A stretch of 64,000 nucleotides of DNA from Tubulanus polymorphus. Lineage: Eukaryota; Animalia; Nemertea. Positions 23,201-35,830 of the stretch are shown piece after piece. Location of the stretch: the NCBI RefSeq assembly GCF_964204645.1, contig NC_134031.1:16231807-16295806 (forward strand), given 5' to 3'. Under the pieces are notes generated by a model. The model did no database searches and was not told the DNA's origin. It saw only the letters and a program-made list of their open reading frames with translations. Numbering within the stretch: position 1 is the first letter of the stretch; the number at the start of each line of letters is the position of its first letter. Made by a program: the position numbers and the translations under genes.

Positions 23201-26200
23201 AATAAAGACTTTCACTAGATCCTACAGACTAAGGGCGCGTTAAGAAAGTGATATTATCGTTATGTTGAAATCATGCATTAGTATTTTGTACCTATAGCTA
23301 TAGCGTCTGACAGCACGTTGCGGATATCTGTAATTTGAGAAACCACGAAGCAATTTAAAAACCGTTTTGTAGTTTTAAGGTGAAACCCGTGTACCGATCA
23401 GTTCAACTCATTATCCAAAAAAAAACAACAAAACAAACACAATCGAAGAAACCCTTTTCAGCATTGTGTGAATACAGCAGCAAACCTTGCGTAAGAGACA
23501 CAACCTCTGTCAATCTTCATTCATTACTGAAGTTAGCAACGTTATCTTAACTTCAATTTCTATCAGATTTTCGTCATTTTAGGCATGGTTTATGCTGTAG
23601 TCAAAAGCGGCATCGATAAAAAGTGTACACAGAAAAATAAAAACCCATCTTTTAGTTCGTATTTAAACGTTAGGAATTTCGAAACCCAAACAATGCATTC
23701 ATGGATATTTGTAAGTCGATGAATAAAAAGTTTCTTTCATAACTCACCTATCTCTTGGCAGCCAAGTTCCGGCCTCCTGGTCATCACTGGCTTCTGATGA
23801 ACCTCCTTCTTTGCCTGAATGAAATGAAATCATCGAAATGGTAAAATCCAACTGGTACGCTATAAAAAACACAAAGAATGTCGGTCTAACAAAATTTGAT
23901 TGCACAGTTGGATTGGAGGTACAGTTTTGTAAAAGAGGTTAAGTTTTAGGCTTATTTCTTGGACCTCAATACATACCAGGTACATGTAAGATTGAAGTCA
24001 TGAAAATGGGCCCTTACAGTCATTCAATTCAAATGAGCACTTTGTGCCTAACAGAAAACTGACCTGATGTTCCGGACATGGAGCCGTCACTGGACGCCGG
24101 CGTGGACTCCTCTAACACGCTATCGTCCAGTAGATGGCGTGTTCCCTGAAGGTATGGTAGTGTGACTTTACTCGGTAGACTACTCGCCCGATCATTGATT
24201 ACACCCGTGTGACTTAGAAAACTGTGAAAAAGAAACAAATTAAAACGAATAGAGTAATATCGAAGTAATTCATTAGTGAGACCTGTTTCGTCAACTTAAA
24301 CCAGCGGTCAGTTGCTCAAAAGTTGGTTAAAGATAACCAATGAATAAATACCATAGTAACAATGAACTTATAATTGTTACTTTGTCGACTATCCACTGGT
24401 TAACTCTAAACAACTTTTGAGCAACTGATCCCTGGGTCTGGTTTCATAGACTGGTATTAACTTTAACCCAGAGTCTAAGACAATTCATTTTTTAATTGAG
24501 TTTACCCCTGGGTCAAGTTAATACCAGTCAATAAACTGGGCCCTGGAGGTTATCAACTCAAATATTAGTCGATTGTGTTAAACAATGGATTTGAAGTTAA
24601 TATTGGTTTATAAAACGAGGCCCAGTCCCATGAAAAAATTGAAATAAATAAGAAACTGTGTTAGAAGCAATGTTTTCTTTGGACAAGTTTTAACATAGGT
24701 ACCGGGGTACATGAAAAACACTGAGCAATAATGAAATAGATTCTGGACCAATTATCATAGGTATCAATATAATGGATAATATCAATATAATGGAGAAAAA
24801 CTTTTTTCCACCTACGAATGAGTACTGATGACACCAAGATGGCCGCCAATTGCTAATAATTGTCCGATCTGCCTCAAAATATCTGCCTCAGGTATTAATG
24901 TCAGGTAGGCCTAAGGCGCATTTGTTTGAAATCGGTTTGTACAAAAATCATCGATGACTTACTTAGCACCAAGACTTCTGCATTTACGATGTCCCGGTAT
25001 GAACGCGGTTCCGCCGGGGGTTTGTAGAAATTGCGTATGGGCAGGCGGAGGAGCCGTATCGCTGCTCGTCCTGCCTAGACTAGAACAATCTTCACGACTT
25101 GCCGACAATGCGGTCGTCTGCGACGTCGTTACGTTTAAACTCGGAGGTTCGATCTTCAGAGATAATCTGTACACAGAAAAGTACGAAAAACGCGAAATGA
25201 GGATTTCGAAAGCTTAAAATTGAAATTCGAGGTTTCGTTTCATCTCCGTATTTTTTTGACTTACTTGTAGTTGTCATCTTCAACAAATTTCTGAAGCTCT
25301 TCGATATAACGAACTGATTTTAGGAAGTTTTGTACATGTTCTAATACTGGTAAATGATCTACAATTGTAAAGATAAGGCAATCTATACTATATACAGTGC
25401 AATTTCAAACCAAGAACGCATTCAAACTATTTTGCAGTTTTAATGAGCAAAACCCACAGATGATGATTTAACGATGACAGCTTCGAAGTTTTGACTAAAC
25501 TTCATCATCAGGATCCAGTTCCGCAGTTCTGAGTTAAATTTAACTCTATATAGAGTTAACTCATTGAAAATGAATTGATTTTAACTTTGAGTTAACTCTA
25601 ATTCACAATTGTGGAACAGGGCCCAGAGAATCAGGACCCAGTTCCACAGTTGCGAGTTAGAGTTAACTCTGAGTTAAAGTTAGTTAATTTTCGATGAGTT
25701 AACTCGTGAGTTAAATCTTAACTCGGAACTGTGGAACTGGACCCTGAGAAACAAACATGAAGTTTAGCCAAAACATCAGCACTGCTAGAATAAATTGTTA
25801 AATCATCATCAGTGGGTTTCTTTAATTTACTCTGATATACTGAGATTAATATCAGTCGACACGTACCGTACGTGGATTGCTGGAAGTCGGCAATAACTCT
25901 GAGAATATTATTCATCTGAATTCGACGCGGTTGACTTTCTAAACCACCGTGATGAGGATGAGCGACGTCGATATAGATTAAATCAGTCAAATATAAACCT
26001 ACAAATCGATAAGATACGCACGGCGTTAACAAGGGTTCTAGGAATACGACGGCGACAACAGGTGACCACTTCTGAATTCACCGTGCTACTTTCCCCGTTA
26101 TCTGATGAACATCAGTAGGAAATACCCAGAGAGTTGTTACCCTAACAGACCCAAGTAGTAAGCTAGACCGGTATTTCCATAAGAATTTCTCAACTTACCA

Positions 26201-29200
26201 TATGAAACGAAGATTTCAAAGTTTTAAAGTTCTGGACCCAGTTCCACAGTTGTGAGTTAGAGTTGAAATTAGCTCATTTTCAATTAGTTAACTCTGAGTT
26301 AAATCTTAACTCAGAACTGTGGAACTGGCTCCTTGGATCAGTTGCTCAAAAGTTGTTTTAGAGTTGACCAGTGGATAGTTGGCATAGTAATAAATAAAAG
26401 TTCATTGTTACTATGGTATTTATCCATTGGTTATCTTTAACCAACTTTTGAGCAACTGACCCGTGATGAGAAGCATGCAGAATACAATACATAATGCAAC
26501 ATTAACACAATTTCTCTGCGTTTTCATGAACTTTATCAAGTTTAGTCAAATTCCATGTTTTCCCCCCGGAAAAAAGATTATTTCCCTGTGATTTCCCCGT
26601 TTTCCAGAATCATAGTCACCCCTAGTGGACATCACTGACGTCGACATACCTAGATATGGTATACACGGTAGTTTGATATTATCCATATAATCTCGTAGTT
26701 TTTGTCGATTGCTATTCTCCGAGAAGAGATCGGCGATTTTCTCGTACGACGATTTGTCTTTTTTCGATAATATCTGCGGTAGAGATAAAGAAGTAGGAAT
26801 CAGAGATATTTTTACGCTCGACGCGGCAGTTTCATTTTTTGCGAATAAATAACGCGTCGATTCCACGAGAAACGCGAAACTCCCGAAGCAAAACAACGAT
26901 GCACGAAACGAATCGGCGAACAACTTGATTAGATAATGAAAATCAATAACCGCCGCCGCCGTCGTCGTCTGTACTTACCGCCCATGTTTTAGACAAACGG
27001 AATATAGGTGCGCTCTGCAGCGCAGATATCACGGCCATCACGGCGTGCAGGTTATTCAGATCGAGTAAACGTTTGCCGAGTTTGATGAAATTCGCGAGGA
27101 TTTCGGCGCGGTTCTTCAACGCCGTCGCGCTTAGAATCTCCTTTTGAACCCAAAAATTCACCTAGCAAAAAAAAAACCAAAATTTCGATTAGATTAAACA
27201 TTTCTAAGTACTGAATATATTTTTATGTAAAATATAGACTTAACTCCACCAAATAGAAATTACGAAGAAAATCTATTTATCAAGAATGGGTTACCCGCAT
27301 TGCTACTAATGCAATCGAGGATCCAGCAGGTTAGCTAGTAAATAGTTGGTCGTCCATATTTGATTTCTTCTTCTACATTTCAATTAAATCTAAATGAACT
27401 TTTCTCTTCAATGAGTCAATTATTCGTAGAAGAGTGAAAGTATTGTAGGCCTATATCTGGTGGGTGCTGTGATGCTATATAAGTTTGGGAGTCGAAAAAT
27501 TCAGTTCGAAGTTCATCGAAAATTAACTAATTTTGACAAAAGACGACCTACTGCTTGTCACACCATCTAGTGGGATAGCTAGATATGCGGGTTCCCCATT
27601 CAAATCAAAAACGAAAGAACATGACATTTCAGACTCTCTCTAAACACCTGACAATGGTTTCTAGAGAGTCTGAACTGTTACGTGCCTTTTCATTTTCAAT
27701 TCTTGATATAGGTTTCATTTGTGTTTTGAATTCTTTGTTCGTTTTTTATTCGTACGCATTGGGTTCATACATAATGTTGTACGTACATGATTAAATCTCC
27801 TCGTGAACGCGACTACGTTCGGAGCTTTCGTTAATTTCTCCTTCGTCGTCCAAGCACAACTCGTTAATTCCTAAACGACATACAAGCATACTTCATACGA
27901 TCGTGACAACAGCGCCGAATCATTTTAGAAAAAAATTCAAGTCTACTGCTCATTGGACATACATAGACAAACAGGTTAAATACTGTACTGCATACAGTAG
28001 GGGAGCGTTCACAAATTACGTACCTCAAAATCTCCCGTTTTTCTGACCCCCCTCCCCCTTTGTACCACCTTTGTACCAAATTCCCTGACCCCCCTCTTAG
28101 GTACGTACCATCGCACCCATGACCCCCCCCCCAATTATATTGATGCAAAGAACACAAATCAAAAAATATATAAATACCTGATTTCATTTAAAGTATTGTT
28201 GCTTATTGATTTTATATACCCGGTACTAAAAGCCGATAAAACACCAACGGCTATTTTCATTTGAGTTTGGTACATTAAGTACATACCAAGATTGATTAAT
28301 ACCCCCCTCCCTCAAAGTACGTACCTTTTTTGCTGACCCCCCTCCCCCCATGTACCACTTTATACCAAAATTCAGTAACCCCCCTCTCCCCCAATGGAGG
28401 TACGTAATTTATGAACGCTCCCAAGAACCTTGTTACAACCAACATCAGGGGACCAGAAAATATACATTTGTTATATCCAGTGCGACATTATTAGATTTTG
28501 CCTACTCGGAACGAAAAACAGGGTCCCGACGGATCGGTCATTCCCGGATATAAGGAGTTTTTATGGAGGAAATTTCAACTATGGAGGAAGCGTCTGCATC
28601 ACTTTCATATCCCGATCACTGAAGCAACGTTCTAAATAGGTGCTGTTTATCTCGGTAAACCGTTAGTTTGGTTGTTTGGTAAGCGAATTTGCATCCCTCA
28701 CACGACTGAGGTCCGATCTGAATTCGACAACTGCCTAATTGGGTAGAGAAAAAATCCTGGTCCCAACTGTACCAATTTAGGCATAGTTTACTGAACAGCT
28801 ACAGACATTTCCAATTGCCTATTTTCTCAAAATTGAAGGAGTTTTAAAGGATTTTCAGGTATTTTGCTTAAATCAGAGGAGTTTCAAGCACATTTAAAAG
28901 CAATGCCTGTTTAGAAGGAATCAAGAAGTCGTAGGGACCATGTATTAACCGAAAAATTACTATATGCGATGACATTTAAAAAGAGATATACCCCCATAGG
29001 CCTATATACGTATATAGCTTTTGAAATACGAAAATACAATACCCTATTATAGGACAACCCAACAAGTAAAAGTACAATTCAATCGAGCGTAACGCCACAA
29101 TTTGACGGTCGAATAAATACATTGACCATTCGCAATCAAATCAGTCTATATGGTGAAATCAATAAATAATACATTGACAAGTTCTAACATGACCGCCTGG

Positions 29201-32200
29201 TATTGATTTGAAAGGCTGCGTAACATCTGCCCCCATTGCATAAGTATCAATATAAGAGTCGAAATCTCATGACATGTACTACTGATACAGCATCTATATA
29301 AGGGTCGATATGAATTTCACCGGCGACCTTTGAAATGAGAGGCCCCACAAATCACTTACCTCAGGCTCGATTGACTTGAAAACCGGTAAATCCAGAAGAG
29401 TAATTTGACTCTGAAAAACAAAGGAGAATTTTGTTCTTTCAACTAGGTATTCAATTATGCGACAATACCATTTCCAAGAAACATGTTAATCAGCCATAGA
29501 CTCTGTTCAAGTAAGGGCCTACAGTTTCTTGAAACTGCTTTCTGTGAACAATTCAATATTGAAATGAGTTCATTGTCTAACTGAAATAACGAACCCAGGG
29601 TGAACTGTTCGAGACTTCAGCCGATACGGTTAGAGTAATTTGTTAGATTCCAGACGAAAGGACATCAATAGTTATCTTTGATTACACACAGGTATCATCG
29701 ACCTGAAGCCCTGAACCATGGACAGTCCATCCCTGAACCATGAACATCTAAAGTCCATGCCTGGACCAACCTGGTCCAGACATTCATAATTTATTCAGGA
29801 CTATAAACTTTGACCGTCTAAAATCGACAGTTTCTAGCCCATTATCGATCTAAAATTCTCAGGCGAGGTCCAAGAAACACACGACACATCAAAAATTGGG
29901 AAGAAAGGCAGTAATGAGTTTGAGAGAGATCCGAACAGCAGGTCACAGTCGCACGAAAGTTGGTTATTCATTATATAAATATCAATACACTACCACATTT
30001 AGAATGTTCTGAATTCAGCCCAAGCGTTCTCACTAGCAAAAAGTCTGTTCTAAATTGGTACCTTCCATTCTAGAACGGACCAATTTAGATGGACCAAAAA
30101 GACGGATCAATGTCCGTTCGTAAATTTTAGAACAGACATCTGTCACGTCTGGATAGAAACTTTGCCTTAATTGACTGTCAATCACGGTTGTGTCTAGCTG
30201 GACCAGTGATAACAGCAGATTTAAAACACAGGCCAAATATGGCATGGGCCTATAATCTCATGCGATCGCGGCTATTGATTTGGTCCATTTCAAATTGGTC
30301 CGTTCCAGGTACTTACCAAATTAGAATTTGGACAAATAGCAAGGAAATTAACAAAGCTTTAGTAACATAACAGTTTCAATTATCAGTGATCCAGGCACAT
30401 TTCAGCAACTGATCTCAAATTTGGTAACTACGAAATGAACACCCAAAACTTACCGCGAAATCTTCTGGCGAGACGCGCAAAACGTCGAACACGACCGCGT
30501 CGTAACTCTTCATCCTCGGCAACGTTCCACGTCCTCCGCCGGTTCCACTCGTGAGACCGTCCAGCGATTCGTGGCTACCTCCATACTGTTGATATACAGA
30601 ACAATATTTCATTGTTAACAAAATCACTGTTAAAAAGCTCCTCGAAGCTGCCTTCACTTTAAAATCAACAAACGCATAATGAATCGTTCATTAAAGGAGT
30701 TCACCGAAAAAAACTTCACCCGGTAGACGCGACGTAATCGCGGCGTCAGTCGAGCTTCGGCGGAACGAATACCGCGTTATCGAACGTCACGCGAAAACTA
30801 TTTACGACGGCTAAATCGAAATCGATACTTTTGACATTTATTGGCAACTGTAACGACGAGTTTTTTAATTTCGAATATTATTATTGTGTGACAATCTGTT
30901 ACGTGACAGATATTCGATATTGCGCTGCGTCCACTTCATGTTTCTAACATCACATACATATAGGCCCTATACATATACATATATATACCGCCTATTTCTT
31001 TTTTTCTTTGTGATTAATAAAATTACTAATAATCTATCGAACTATGGACTTTCCTCGATCTATAATGACTAATTCTTTGACTTTTGTTTCCGGGTTAGAT
31101 TCGAACGAACAATGTTACTATAGTGACTCAAATGATAAGTGATGAGTAAAAGCCCTCGACCGAAACGGATCGTTACAAATAGAGATATGGGGAATTTATT
31201 GTAATTTTCTAACTGGACGAAATTCCTGGATTGTCGAGGAAAATGATTGAAACTTGACTATTAATGATAAGTAAAAAAAACCCGTGAATTCGATATTCAT
31301 GACGAAAATAGGAAATTCCCTGAAAATTTGTTGCGACATTTTAATACGTAAACTTCGACCAACGTTATATAAGATATCAGGTCTCGCGAATAATAGACAG
31401 GTCTATAAATATCCTCGATATCAGGTATTATCGACTAGACAAATGGGGGCGAAGAACTTTTTGATAAAGAGTAATTTATGAACGAATAAATTCCATCGAT
31501 TCAACGGCGACCCAGATTTTCCTTTTCGATTCGTCAACATTTTCAAACTCTCAAAAACTGAATCCGGAAGCACACTAGATTCTTAAGTGTCGATAGTTTT
31601 TCGTTTTTCCGATATATTTCAATTTCATCACTTTTAAAGGAACTAATGAGTGATACGCTTAAGTGCAGTAATGAGTTGGATTGGACTCGAGGGACGTACA
31701 GTAATTAGAATTGTCAATCAATTAATTCTGTAGTCACATTATACTCACAACTGTTGAAGCGGTCTCAGATAATATATATGAGCCCGAAAGAGCTTTTATT
31801 TCCAGAACACTTTAGATTTTTTGGTGGCCCTGCACAATTCGCAAAAATGGAACCAACTCTCTGAAGTTCATTATCAAACTTTCTTAAAGCCATTATACTA
31901 AAGCCGCGATCTTGCAGAGACAACATGGCCGGGGTCAAACTTAAGCCCGGACCAGACCTGCATCAAATTTGACCTGTACCTAAATGAAAGCGCGTTCATA
32001 CGCAAATCACCCATTTTGCACCAGTACAAACAGTTGGCCCGGGTGAAATTTGGGCCACGTCAAAAACGTGCGCGCGATCTGGGCATTAGTGACAGCCTGT
32101 ATAAGCATTGTTACATTATAGAACGTGCAACTAATTACGAACACGAAGCAAATCTCACTGTAAACGCCCAGTATTGTGATAAAACCTACCCAAATCGTGT

Positions 32201-33892
32201 GCGGCATACCGCTTTATATTCGAGTTTATCTAAATCCTTTCAATATCTTAAAACGTCGTCCCTCGTTCGTGGTAGTCATGAAATAAATCCCGCAGACGCC
32301 ACGGCGCAATTCTTATCATCGCTACTACGAACGAGCCATTAGTTTAATATACACGACGACGCAGTCGCCTACTGATCCGAGCAGACGCCTCGATCGAAAC
32401 ACCGACGCAGTTCGGCAAGAACAGGAGCCGTCGCCGTCGCTGAAATCAATTCTACAGTGAGTTTTACGCAGTGGTCGCCGTCCTGAACATATTCCCACAG
32501 CCAGCGTCAGCTCCGTTGTATATACACAGCCGCGTCGTCGTCGGTGAAAACTAGTGAATAAAATATTATCGACAGGACGTTTAACGAGAAAATTTCATAA
32601 GCGCCGTCGCAGTGCATTACCTACTGACAACAACCACCGCCCAGAGTCAATAACGATATACACGCTTTTTTATGTTTCTAATTTGAATCAGCGGTAACGT
32701 TGCTGCGTTCAATTCATATCAGGTTTGCCGTGCGCGTCGAGTTCTGTTTTTTTTCTTTTCTTCGAACGCCGTATTGTCTATTACAACCAGTAACGTTTCG
32801 CGAATACCGCCGATAAAAGAGCGTCCCGTCGAGTGGTTTATCGTTAATGCGGAATCTTAAGCGCATTCTCTTTCTCGCTTTCAATTCCCCACCGGAACCC
32901 CGTTCGGTCGGGCCTCTTTTCTTAAAGAGGTAAATCGAGACGACCGACAAAGAGAAAGTTCGAACGTAAACGCATCACGGGCGTGCTCAAGAGGGGGTCT
33001 GACGGGGCATGAATGACCCGCTTTTTCAGTTGAGGAAAGATATTTCGATTACTTCATAGATTATGCAGTTTTTCCATGGTGACTGCCACATGGAAAAATT
33101 GCATAATTCTAAATTGATGTCACTGACAACAATTTAGAATTGGAATAGTTATATTTCCGAGCGGGTTTAATGTCTATAAAACATTTTAATGTTCATATCA
33201 TAGGGTCTAAATCGTCTAGGTCGTTTGAATTATGAAATTTGAAATCTAGTCCATTTCGCCGAGAAATTTGACCCCCTTAAAAATCCAAATACTCATGAAC
33301 AGCTATTCCCCCCTACTGGCCGATTTTCCTCAGAAGTGAACTGAGAGACCTGAGCCAAAAAGAAAGTTCTTAAAATCAAACACCCCCAACAGCGAGCTCG
33401 CCTCAATCAGTCAATGAATACATAGGCTATGTATAGTGTAAATATGACCTTCCATAAATCAGTGTCGATTAAAATATGATATTCTCGGTGACCTTGTCCT
33501 GTTTTCTGGAAAACTACTCGGGACAAGTGCAGCATTGTAGTAGTAGCAAGTGCCAAGCCAAACATACATCATCAATAAACAGAACCATAAAATTCCGGGC
33601 TAACGTGTCAAGGTTTATTGCGATTAATCTGTCGGTAATAAAGAGTCGATGGATATTTGAATAGCGGCGATAACTTCATCGATCTCCGTCGAAAAAAAAA
33701 AAGAAAAGCTGCCGAATAGAAAAAAAAGCTATCAAAGAAATTATGACAGCTTCGTTGATTCGCCATAGTTTAATCATGGACGCACAGCCCATGGAGTAAT
33801 CAATAATACAGTCTCCGCTCGCTACCGGGCAGGGCGAGGTGCTCGAGGAGTTCGACGCATGAATGACAAATAAACCAATCTCCGTTACAACA

Positions 33893-33939
<47 letters not shown>

Positions 33940-35594
33940 TAATCTAAATATCTATATATAATCTAAATATATCTTGCCGTATTAAATAGTCTAAATATAT
34001 CTTGCCGTATTTTTTGGATCGAAGGACTTCCTTGTACCGTGTAAAGGAAGTTTACGCTGTGGTTGCGCGAAGGAGAGTTTGAATAAAGACAGTAATTACC
34101 ATTATGATTATTAAACAAAGCGACTCCCATAGTTCCGTGGAATCCGCGAGAACCCGTAACGACCAAACGACATCGAAGTTAATCGAATAATCCGACTTTT
34201 ACGCGATCTTGATTAACATCACCGACATACGACGGAATTCGATGTATTTTTTAATCCCGGTCTAGAACTCTCGCAAACGAGTCGACTGAATGCATGCAAG
34301 CCTAAGGACTGAACGATAGCTTGACGTGTCATCTATATCTACGCATGCTCGTCATATGGGGGCCCCACTGTAGTTTTGATTTATAAATACTTAATTGCCA
34401 CAATTATCCGATGCTCCCATAACACAAATATGTAATTCCCGGGTAATCGTTAATTTATGCGCTAACACCTAAAATAATGGCGACAATTGGTTATGCACAG
34501 GGTGCAGTGAAAGCAATCACAGCTGTCTATGATTAAAGGGAACCCAGTGGTTAATTCCTACCCCCTATAATCAGTTGAAAAAAGAAATTATTATCATACG
34601 CTGAACAAGCAATCGGAGCTAAATTCTCTCGTCGTTAGTAAGGTGTAGGTACAGCTGAAATCACTGGATTGCTTAAGATGTTGAATTTCTTGTTTATTCT
34701 ATACAATAGAATCTAATGTTTCCGTAACTTCTTAATAAAAGATATCAACACCAATAAGCTTAAGCCTTTATGAAATTGAATGGTTGGAAAGTATGCCTGG
34801 ACAAATGAACAACACTTGCGCCTAACAGAATCAAGAATCAAAATGTCTGAAATCAACCCTCCACAATTCATTCCTTTTCAGGGTGGCCACTTTTATTCGA
34901 TTTCACTAAACCCCCCCCCCCCCGACTAGATCAGCCAAGAATCCAATAAATTAACCCTTTCAGTACTGACTAATCAATACCCTATAGTGCTGGAGATAAT
35001 TAGAAAATTTTGAAAAATTCCACCCTAGTTTGTTGAATAAAGGGAATACTAATGATTTATAATGCGGCTACACCGCGGTGCAGTGTATCCTTAGTTACAT
35101 ACATTTCACTATGTTTGACAGGTGCTACCATCTTTCAATAGAGATAAAAACTAATTACATCAATACTTCGCACTGCGGTGTAGATGCACTGATAGGGTTA
35201 ATACAGTCAAATAGGCTTACATTAGACATAGACGGAAACTGTTTGATTTTATGCGCAATCAAGCAAACTCTTCACAAATTTCCCCTGATGATTTTAAAAT
35301 CTTTATCACAAAATTTTCCGTTTATTCCTGAATTTTGTGAAGAAAAGAGAAGTCGTTGACTTTCTTCGAGTTCCAGGCAAGTGACCACCTTGTTTTTGTG
35401 CATTCGAAATTTGTGTTATTCGTGTATCCGATCAAATTAGTCTAAAACGCGACGTTTACCTTTAAATCTCCGAGGCCCGAGTGCAGCGATGATTTCGGTG
35501 TGGCATTGATATCTTGATCGGAGCTGGCCAGCGCTCTGTTGTCTTCTCCGTTCGACGAGTCATCCGGCGTGAGGATACGATGAGGTACGCTCAT
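17268..35594 (-). CDS. RALGPS: Ral guanine nucleotide exchange factor RalGPS (CDC25/RasGEF domain plus C-terminal PH domain), ~598 aa, 15 coding exons
   Basis: Frame-consistent exons 35460-35594, 30454-30585, 29360-29410, 27787-27870, 26979-27161, 26650-26773, 25867-25998, 25265-25358, 24963-25166, 24064-24221, 23748-23814, 21177-21381, 18520-18625, 17783-17874, 17268-17297. Diagnostic peptides: [100 protein letters not shown]. The start exon is the least certain. Confidence 0.95.
17361..17753. mobile_element. Abutting PIF/Harbinger-like MITEs with CAG target duplications
   Basis: CAG|GGGCCGGTTGCA...TGCAAACGGCCC|CAG|GCGCCAGTTGCA...GAACTGGTCC|CAG, with internal ACTGGTCTTAA motifs. Confidence 0.7.
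17988..18160. mobile_element. Palindromic Penelope-like relic with a minimal hammerhead ribozyme core
   Basis: Inverted arms of ~80 bp. Minus strand reads CTGATGA-A-GCTACTA-tactt-TAGTAGC-GAAA-GCTC; the plus arm carries a degenerate copy. Confidence 0.7.
18682..19117. mobile_element. PIF/Harbinger-like MITE
   Basis: Imperfect TIR GGGACCATCCATTTAGTACGTAC ... GTAAGTACAAAATGAATGATCCCC with G-rich subterminal tracts. Confidence 0.6.
20752..21070 (+). mobile_element. tRNA-derived SINE with a CORE-like central domain
   Basis: A-box-like GGTGTAGACGGGTGG and B box GGTTCGAACCC, then GTGTCCTCGGGCAAGACACTTATCCTC...GTAAATGGGTACC, ending in GCGCTATCC and a (ATT/ATC)n tail. Confidence 0.8.
24305..24622. 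mobile_element. Three abutting Harbinger-like MITEs separated by CTG/CAG
   Basis: GGTCAGTTGCTCAAAAG...CTTTTGAGCAACTGATCC | CTG | GGTCTGGTTT...AAACTGGGCC | CTG | ...AAAACGAGGCC | CAG. The first family recurs at ~14778-14905 and 26336-26462, the second at ~55754-55862. Confidence 0.7.
25512..25743. mobile_element. Two adjacent palindromic MITEs (CCAGTTCCACAGTT family)
   Basis: GATCCAGTTCCGCAG...TGTGGAACAGGGCC and GACCCAGTTCCACAG...CTGTGGAACTGGACC, each flanked by CAG/CTG. A third copy lies at 26235-26332. Confidence 0.75.
26235..26462. mobile_element. Two abutting MITEs from two different families
   Basis: GACCCAGTTCCACAG...CTGTGGAACTGGCTC is followed immediately by GATCAGTTGCTCAAAAG...CTTTTGAGCAACTGACCC. 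Confidence 0.75.
28001..28422. mobile_element. PIF/Harbinger-like MITE
   Basis: Near-perfect 25-bp TIR GGGAGCGTTCACAAATTACGTACCT ... AGGTACGTAATTTATGAACGCTCCC, with an internally duplicated C-rich block. Confidence 0.8.
28519..28942 (+). mobile_element. CAGGGTCCC-family non-autonomous DNA element
   Basis: CAGGGTCCCGACGG ... GTCGTAGGGACCATG. Homologous copies at ~47535-48141 (minus) and ~56338-56634 share CTGCATCACTTTCATATCCC and AAGGAGTTTT blocks. Confidence 0.75.
33895..33931. repeat. (TA)n microsatellite
   Basis: Direct read. Confidence 0.95.
34955..35197. mobile_element. piggyBac-like MITE
   Basis: TTAA|CCCTTTCAGTAC ... GCACTGATAGGG|TTAA: TTAA target duplication with CCC/GGG termini. 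Confidence 0.75.
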
Positions 35595-35830
35595 ACTCTT
35601 CCTCCCAAAATCGAACTGTCAATACAAAACGAACGATACATCTTAAAGTTACCTTTCATTACAGATCGTAGGTCCTCACAGCGGAATAAAATCGCAATGG
35701 AATCGTACTATATCAAATCTAACAATTTGGAAATTGTTAGATCAATCGAAAGTGAAATTCAGTCAAACACGATTGATTTGGATCATTAGGGACAAATGAA
35801 ATTATTCCAGTCTATGAGCAGTATATAGGC

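Noticed and set aside
32200-32960. CpG-rich stretch as an extra coding first exon of RalGPS
   Set aside because: All three minus-strand frames hit stops before the candidate donor at ~32209. It could be an alternative promoter or UTR, but that cannot be supported from sequence alone.
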